A stretch of DNA of 64,000 nucleotides from an uncultured Acidobacteriota bacterium (lineage in GTDB: Bacteria; Acidobacteriota; Thermoanaerobaculia; Multivoradales; UBA5704), in NCBI GenBank assembly GCA_963792575.1, contig CAWBWZ010000023.1, forward strand, positions 1,295,487-1,359,486, read 5' to 3'. The notes beneath the pieces are model-generated. The model was not told the origin of the DNA and made no database searches. It worked only from the letters and a program-made list of their open reading frames with translations. Shown here in pieces: positions 56,271 to 64,000 of the stretch. Position 1 is the stretch's first letter; each line of letters opens with the position of its first letter. Both the position numbers and the translations under genes were made by a program.

Positions 56271-58172
56271 CGGGTCGTCGACGAGTCCCGGCGACGAACT
56301 TCTTCTGCACGCCGAACCACTGCGACAGGATCAGGCGCGCCGCCGGGCGCCGCCGCCTCGGCGCCGAAGCCGCCCTGCTCGATCGGTGACGGCGACCACG
56401 ATCGGCGTGCTCGGGTCGGGCGCGTAGGCGACGTACCAGGACTGGTCGGCCTGGCCCGGGCGCTCGGCGGTGCCGGTCTTGCCGTAGACCTGGTGCGGGA
56501 AGCCGCGCGAACACGTCGGCCGAGGTGCCGCCCGGCTGCGTGGCGGCCGCGTGCAGGCCGTCGAGGATCGCCTGGCGGTTAGCCGGGTCGATGTGCGATC
56601 TTGCGGCCGCGCCGGGCTGGATCGATCTGCAGCACGCGGCCGGCCGCGTCCTCGACCTCGCAGGCCGACGTGCGGCGTGCACGACGGCCGCCGTTGGCGA
56701 CGTCGAGTAGGCGACGGCCATCTGCAGCGGCGTGGCCTGCAGGTCGCCCTGGCCGACGGCGAGGTTGACGTTGTCGCCGACCGACCACGGGCGGTCGGTG
56801 CAGCGTTCTTGCTGGAACAGGCTGGTCGCGCCACGCGCGGCGTCGGCAGCAGGCCCGGCGAACTCGCCGGGCAGGTCGATGCCGGTGCGGCGGCCGATGC
56901 CGAGGCGGTGGCGCCCACGTCTGCAGCGCCTGGTCGCCGCCGTTGCTGTTCAGCCGCGCGCCGAGCGTGTAGAAGAAGACGTCCGAGGACACCTGCAGCG
57001 CCTGCGCGCAGCGCGATCGCGCCGTGGCGGCGTGCCGCCCGAGTTCTGGAAGACGATGTTGCCGATCTGCACCGAGCCGGGGTCGTCGATGACCGTGTCC
57101 GGGCGTGAATGCGCCCGCTCTGGAGCGCCGGCCGATCGCGGTGATCGGCTTGAACGTCGACCCGGTCGGGTACACGCCGCTGGATCGCGCGGTTGAGCAG
57201 CGGCGCGCCGTTGTTCGGCGACGTGCAGCGCCTTGTAGCGCGCGCTCGGTCAGCGGCTTGGCGAACACGTTCGGGTCGAAGCTCGGCGTGGAGCCCAGGG
57301 CGAGGACCTCGCCGTTGCGCGGGTCCATCGCGACGAACGCGCCGCGGCCGTTGCCGCAGGCCGGCGATCGCCTGCTGCGCCCTCGCTCTGCAGGCCGAGG
57401 TCGATCGACAGCTTGAGGTTCTTGCCCTGCGTCGGGCTCGCGCAGCGAGAGCTCGCCGGTCGGCCGGCCCGAGCGCGTCGACCTGGACGCGGGTGGCGCC
57501 GTCGCGGCCGCGCAGGTAGCGGTCGTAGGTGTACTCGATCCCGCCTGGCCCACGACCGTCGCCCTGCTGGACGCCCCGGAACTTGAGGAGCTTCAGCTCG
57601 CCCGGGCTGATCTGGCCGACGGTGCCGAGCATGTGCGCGCCGACTGTCTCGTACGGGTACTGGCGCAGGTACACGCTGCGCGACCGTGACGCCGGGGAAG
57701 GAGTCCTGGCGCTCGAAGAGGTACGAGTAGCACGTCGCGCGAGGCGTCGGACTTCACCGTCGCGGGCGCGTAGGGCAGCGAGCTTGCGCTGGCGTTGCAC
57801 CTCCTGGTCGATCTGGCTGGGCGTCTCGCCGATGATCTGGCCCAGGCGGCGGTACACGCCGGCGCGCCGGGGCCCGGCCGGCGGCAGCTTGCGCGGGTCG
57901 ACCTGCACGGCGATCGACACGCGGTTGTCCACCAGCACCTTGCCGTTGCGGTCGACGATGTCGCCGCGCGGCGCCGGCACGTCGACGTCGCGGACGCGGT
58001 TGTTGTTCGCCTGCGCGCGGTACTTGTCGCCCGACAGCACCTGGAGGAACCACAGGCGGAAGAAGATGATCGCGAACATCGTCAGGGCGATCCCGCCGAG
58101 GATCGCCACGCGCAGCGCGAGCTGCGGCGTGATCGGCGGGCGGCGCTCGTCGGGCAGCTGGAGCTGGAGCAT
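56267..58172 (-). pseudogene. mrdA: penicillin-binding protein 2 (heavily frame disrupted)
   Basis: FFRLWFLQVLSGDKYRAQANNNRVR, PAPRGDIVDRNG, YGKTGTAE. ATGA overlap with rodA. Confidence 0.8.
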
Positions 58173-58181
58173 CGGCGGCCG

Positions 58182-58747
58182 CTACGCCCTCGAGATCGGG
58201 CTGAGCCCGCCGGTCGTGTAGGCGCGCCGGCGACGGCGGCGCGGGTCGTCGGGCAGCAGCGGCAGCAGCACGCGGCGGACGACGCGTAGACCGGCAGCGC
58301 GATGATCGTGTTGACGGCGATCGTCACGAGGATGTCGCGGAGCAGCAGCCAGCTCACGGGCGCGTCGACGCCGAGCAGGAACTGGATCACCGAGAACCCG
58401 AGCGCGGCGATCGCGGTGGCGGCGGCGCCGACCGCGACCGGCGTCAGCGCGTGGGCGGGGTCGCGCAGCTCGCGCAGCGCGCCCGGCGCCGTAGCCGATC
58501 GCGATGTAGACCAGCGACGACACGCCGAGCGTCTCCACGAGCGCCGAGTCCACCAGCAGCCCCATGCCGAATCCCATCAGCGCGCCCGGGATCGAGCCGG
58601 TCAGCAGGCCGACCGACATGACCACGAGCGGGGCGAGGTCGGCGCTCACGCCGAAGACCGAGATCTGCGACACGGCGGCGATCTGCACGATCACCGTCAC
58701 GAGGCCGAGCGATCGGCCAGGCGCAGGCGTCAGCTGGGCGCCGTCGC

Positions 58748-58751
<4 letters not shown>
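58182..58751 (-). pseudogene. mreD: rod shape-determining protein MreD (frame disrupted)
   Basis: Polytopic hydrophobic ORF directly after mreC (ATGA overlap), read in two frames. Confidence 0.7.
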
Positions 58752-60728
<1,977 letters not shown>

Positions 60729-60848
60729 TTAAGCGGCGGAGGAATGCCGTCACGCCGAAAGCACCGTCGCGCCCGGCGCCAGTGTAGCGAACGCCCTCGT
60801 GCCGATCCGGCACGGCCGTTGCCGTGATTGCGGGGAAAACGCCCGATA

Positions 60849-61408
60849 TCAGGGCCCCGGCTGGCGGGATCGCGCAGGTCCGGCACCAGCTCGATGAGCG
60901 TCGGCCACGGAGAGCCCGACGACGTTGAGGTAGTCGCCCTCGATCGTCCGCACCAGCGTCGGCCCCGCGACCCTGGATCGCGTAGCCGCCCGGCGCGGCT
61001 CGCGCCATTCTCCGGACGCGACGTAGCAGTCGAGCTCCGCGGAGCCGAGATTGCGGAACGTCACGCTGGTGGCGACCGCCGCGCTGCGCTGCGCGCCGTC
61101 GCGGCGAACCGCGAGGCCGCCGACCACGACGTGGGTCCGGGAGGCGAGCGCCTCGAGGAACTCGCGGGCCTGCGTCCTCGTCGGTCGGGCTTGCCGAGGA
61201 TCCGGCCCTCCAGCGCGACGACGGTGTCGGCGCCCAGGACCAGCGTCGCCCGGCCACCGCGCCGGCCTTGCGCGCCGCGTTCTCGGTCGCCACCGCGAAC
61301 GGATCGCCCTCCTCCAGCTCCTCGACGTCGGCCGGGCCGGACCTCGAAGGGCACGCCCGAGCTGCTCGAGGATCGCCCGGCGCTGCGGCGAGCGCGACGC
61401 CAGGATCA
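60849..61408 (-). pseudogene. maf: Maf-like nucleoside triphosphate pyrophosphatase (frame disrupted; ends approximate)
   Basis: [53 protein letters not shown]. Confidence 0.75.
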
Positions 61409-61810
61409 GAGGTCCGGGAAGAACAGGCCGACCTCGCGCGCCGCGGACTCGTTGGAGTCCGAGCCGTGGACCATGTTCTGCCCGACCTCGAGCGCGAAGT
61501 CGCCGCGGATCGAGCCGGGCGCGGCCTCGAGCGGGTTCGTCGCGCCGATGACCTGGCGCGCGGCGACCACCGCCTCGTGGCCCTCGAGCACCATCGCCAC
61601 GAGCGGGCCCGAGGTGATGAACTCGACCAGCTCGCCGAAGAACGGCTTGCCCTCGTGCTCGGCGTAGTGCTGCTCGGCCAGCGCGCGGTCCATGGTCATG
61701 AGCTTCAGCGCGGCGATCCGCAGGCCCTTGCGCTCGAAGCGGGCGACGATCTCGCCGGTCAGGCCGCGGGCGAAGGCGTCTGGCTTGACCAGGATCAGGG
61801 TGCGGTCCAT
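61406..61810 (-). CDS. ndk: nucleoside diphosphate kinase
   Basis: Intact 134-aa ORF: [11 protein letters not shown]...GSIRGDF...NMVHGSDS. Confidence 0.95.
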   Translation of the reverse strand: MDRTLILVKPDAFARGLTGEIVARFERKGLRIAALKLMTMDRALAEQHYAEHEGKPFFGELVEFITSGPLVAMVLEGHEAVVAARQVIGATNPLEAAPGSIRGDFALEVGQNMVHGSDSNESAAREVGLFFPDL

Positions 61811-61835
61811 GCGTGAGTTCCTCAGTTCTCAGTTG

Positions 61836-62462
61836 TTAGTTCTCAGTTGTCAGAGCGGCGCGGCGCCAGTTCTGACGACTGACGACTCGACGACTGACGA
61901 ACTCGAGCCCTAGGAGCTCGGTGGCGCCTGAGCCTCGGTGCACTTCGGCCACCGCCGCTGCTCGGGCGTCGTGCCGGTCCTTCGCCGGCGCCGGCGGGTC
62001 GGCTGCGGCTCGCCCTGGGCCGACCTCGGCCTCGCAGAACGGGCAGACCTTCCAGCGCGGGTCGAGCGGGCGCGAGCAGTTCGCGCACGGGCTCTTGAGC
62101 CGGCGCATGCAGTTGGGGCAGCGGAGGAAGTCGCGCTCGATCTCGGCGTCGCAGTGCGGGCAGAGCATGTAGCCGAGCTGGGCCACGCGCGCCTCGGCGG
62201 CCTGCATCTCGAGCTCGCGCTCGCGGACGTCGTCGAGGTACTCGGGCGGGCGCACGATCATGTAGACGACGCAGCCGACGAACGGGAAGAGCGACGCGGC
62301 GGTCGCGCACCCGATCAGCATCGGGTCCTCCATGCGCCGGCGGGCGTCGGCGTACGTCCAGTAGACCATCGCCAGCCAGATCACGACCAGGCAGAGGATC
62401 AGCAGGTTGACCGCCAGGTTCAGGCCGTCGCTGTCGATCCCGAAGATCCCGAACGGGAACAT
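61836..62462 (-). CDS. membrane protein with C-terminal double zinc ribbon
   Basis: Intact 208-aa ORF with two TM segments, then CPHC...CPNC...CANC...CPFC. The last ~20 codons run through a repeat/hairpin region. Confidence 0.6.
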   Translation of the reverse strand: MFPFGIFGIDSDGLNLAVNLLILCLVVIWLAMVYWTYADARRRMEDPMLIGCATAASLFPFVGCVVYMIVRPPEYLDDVRERELEMQAAEARVAQLGYMLCPHCDAEIERDFLRCPNCMRRLKSPCANCSRPLDPRWKVCPFCEAEVGPGRAAADPPAPAKDRHDARAAAVAEVHRGSGATELLGLEFVSRRVVSRQNWRRAALTTEN

Positions 62463-62534
62463 CGTGGCGCGCGAGTGTAGCCGCCCGCCGGCGTCCGCGA
62501 TACAGCCGGTAAGCGGATTGCAGCGGTCCGTCGT

Positions 62535-62654
62535 CTACAGGAACAGCCGCCCGAAGGCGTAGCCGATCCCGAAGAACACGAGGATCACGAGGGCGACGAT
62601 GACCGCCACCAGGGCGATCATCGGCAGGAAGTGCGGGACGTCGTCGTCGTTCAT
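62535..62654 (-). CDS. 39-aa single-pass membrane peptide (tentative)
   Basis: MNDDDVPHFLPMIALVAVIVALVILVFFGIGYAFGRLFL. Its ATG overlaps the folC stop (ATGA). Confidence 0.4.
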   Translation of the reverse strand: MNDDDVPHFLPMIALVAVIVALVILVFFGIGYAFGRLFL

Positions 62655-63915
62655 GGCATTCGGGCCCGCGCCGCCCGGCGAGCGTGCGCGAGGCCCGCGA
62701 CAAGATAGATGGAGCCGGTGGCCAGCACCATCCCGGCCGGTCCCGCGATGCGCGCGCGCCCGCTCCAGGGCGCGCTCCGGGTCGCCCACCACCTCGGCGT
62801 CGCCGGTGAAGTCGAGCTGGCGCGCGAGCGACTCGAGCGTGGCGGGCGGAAGCGCGCGCGGGTTGGGGTTGGAGGTGAACACCACCGCGCGGCAGGCGGG
62901 CAGCAGCGCGCGCAGCATCCCGGCGGCGTCCTTGTCGTCGAGGATCGACACGACCGCCACGAGCGACTCCCGCGGCGGCGGCGGGCAGCGACGCGACCAG
63001 CGCGGCCACCCCGCTGGGGTTGTGGGCGCCGTCGACGATCGTCAGCGGCTCGCGCGCCACGACCTCGAAGCGGCCCGGGCACGCGTGACCTCGGCGGCCG
63101 CGCGCGGCGCACCGCGGCGTCGTCGAGCTCGCCCAGGAACGCCTCGGCGGCGGCGCGCGCGAGCGCGAAGTTCGGCCGCTGGAAGGCGCCGCCGGCGGCC
63201 AGCGTCGACGCCCGGCGTCGGCGGGCGCGTGCACGAGCCGCGCGCCGTGGCGGGCGGCGGCCGCGCGCGCCTCCGCCTCGGCCTCCGGCGTCGAGCGTCG
63301 CCGACGACCAGCGTCGCGCCGTCGCGCACCACCGCCAGCTTCTCGCGCGCGATGTCGGTGACCGTCGGCCCGAGCCAGCGCGTGTGCTCGAGGCCGACGT
63401 TGGTCAGCACCTGCACGCGCGAGGGGATCACGTTGGTGGCGTCGTAGCGCCCGCCGAGGCCGGCCTCGACCACGGCGACGTCCACGCCGCGCGCCGCCAG
63501 CTCGCAGTAGGCCGCGGCGGTCAGCGCCTCGAACTGCGTGACGCGGTCGCCCTCGGCCAGCGTGCGGTCGACCAGCGCGGCGGCGTGGGCGGCGCGCTCG
63601 ACCGCGGCGGCGAACGCGGCCTCGTCGAGGTCGCGCTCGCCGACGCGCACGCGCTCGGCGAAGCTCGCCAGGTGCGGCGACAGGTAGGCGCCGCGTGCGC
63701 ACGCCGTGGCGCTCGAGGATCGCGGCGATCATGCGCACGGTCGAGGACTTGCCGTTCGTGCCGACGACGTGGATCGACGTCGAAGCGGCGCTGCGGCGAG
63801 CCCAGCGCCGTCATCAGCCGGTGCATGCGGTCGAGGCCGAAGCGCATCCCGAACAGCTCGAGGGAGCGCAGGTAGCGCCTCGGCCTGCGCCGGCGTCCAG
63901 GGCTCGCCGCGTCAC
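62651..63915 (-). pseudogene. folC: dihydrofolate synthase / folylpolyglutamate synthase (frame disrupted)
   Basis: LELFGMRFGLDRM, VVGTNGKSST, EAGLGGRYDATNV, VLTNVGLEH, ILDDKD, TGSIYLV. GTGA overlap with the upstream gene. Confidence 0.85.
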
Positions 63916-64000
63916 AGCGCCTCCAGCTCGCCGCGCAGCGCGCGCGAGCTTGGCGCGCTCGGCCTCGACCACGTGCGCGGGCGCGCGCTGCGACGAAGCC
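63912..64000 (-). CDS. valS: 3' end of a gene, probably valyl-tRNA synthetase (coiled-coil tail)
   Basis: APAHVVEAERAKLA...GELEAL-stop, located upstream of folC. The fragment is short and contains one indel. Confidence 0.4.
   Translation of the reverse strand, partial: LRRSARPRTWSRPSAPSSRALRGELEAL

Overview
A 64-kb, very GC-rich bacterial window with no rRNA, CRISPR array, transposase or integrase. From left to right it contains: a lipase and a glycosyltransferase; yceD-rpmF-plsX-fabD-fabG-acpP-fabF; a DPP-IV peptidase; a DUF4097 repeat protein; ETF-QO; a histidine-themed stretch (EgtD-like methyltransferase, tRNA-His, hisS, histidine ammonia-lyase); a small lower-GC islet; and a minus-strand operon of unknown function (DedA-rhodanese, AsnB-like, radical SAM, FAD enzyme). 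Next comes a 17-gene same-strand aro-his-trp block (aroD/E, hisZGDCBHAF-IE, trpEGDCFBA). After that there is a sigma54 module (sensor kinase, NtrC-type regulator, two lipoproteins), topoisomerase IB and YciE. From about 49.3 kb to the end, an all-minus block runs proB-obg-rpmA-rplU-rne-rodA-mrdA-mreDCB-maf-ndk-folC-valS. The best find is a 28-codon leader ORF that the ORF track missed. It carries Trp-Gly-Trp and His-His-His, a chain of mutually exclusive hairpins and an intrinsic terminator whose 3' arm is the Shine-Dalgarno of the first aro-his-trp gene. Other points are two families of nested palindromic repeats that sit in intercistronic gaps, two TGGCAC-N5-CTGC sigma54 promoters, an atypical tRNA-His (G1-U72, A73), and an in-frame TGA at a Cys position in a rhodanese loop. 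Many conserved genes carry 1-nt indels while about 15 kb of mostly less-conserved genes is intact. I read this as a sequence-quality artefact. I typed disrupted genes as pseudogene, meaning disrupted as sequenced; their boundaries are approximate.
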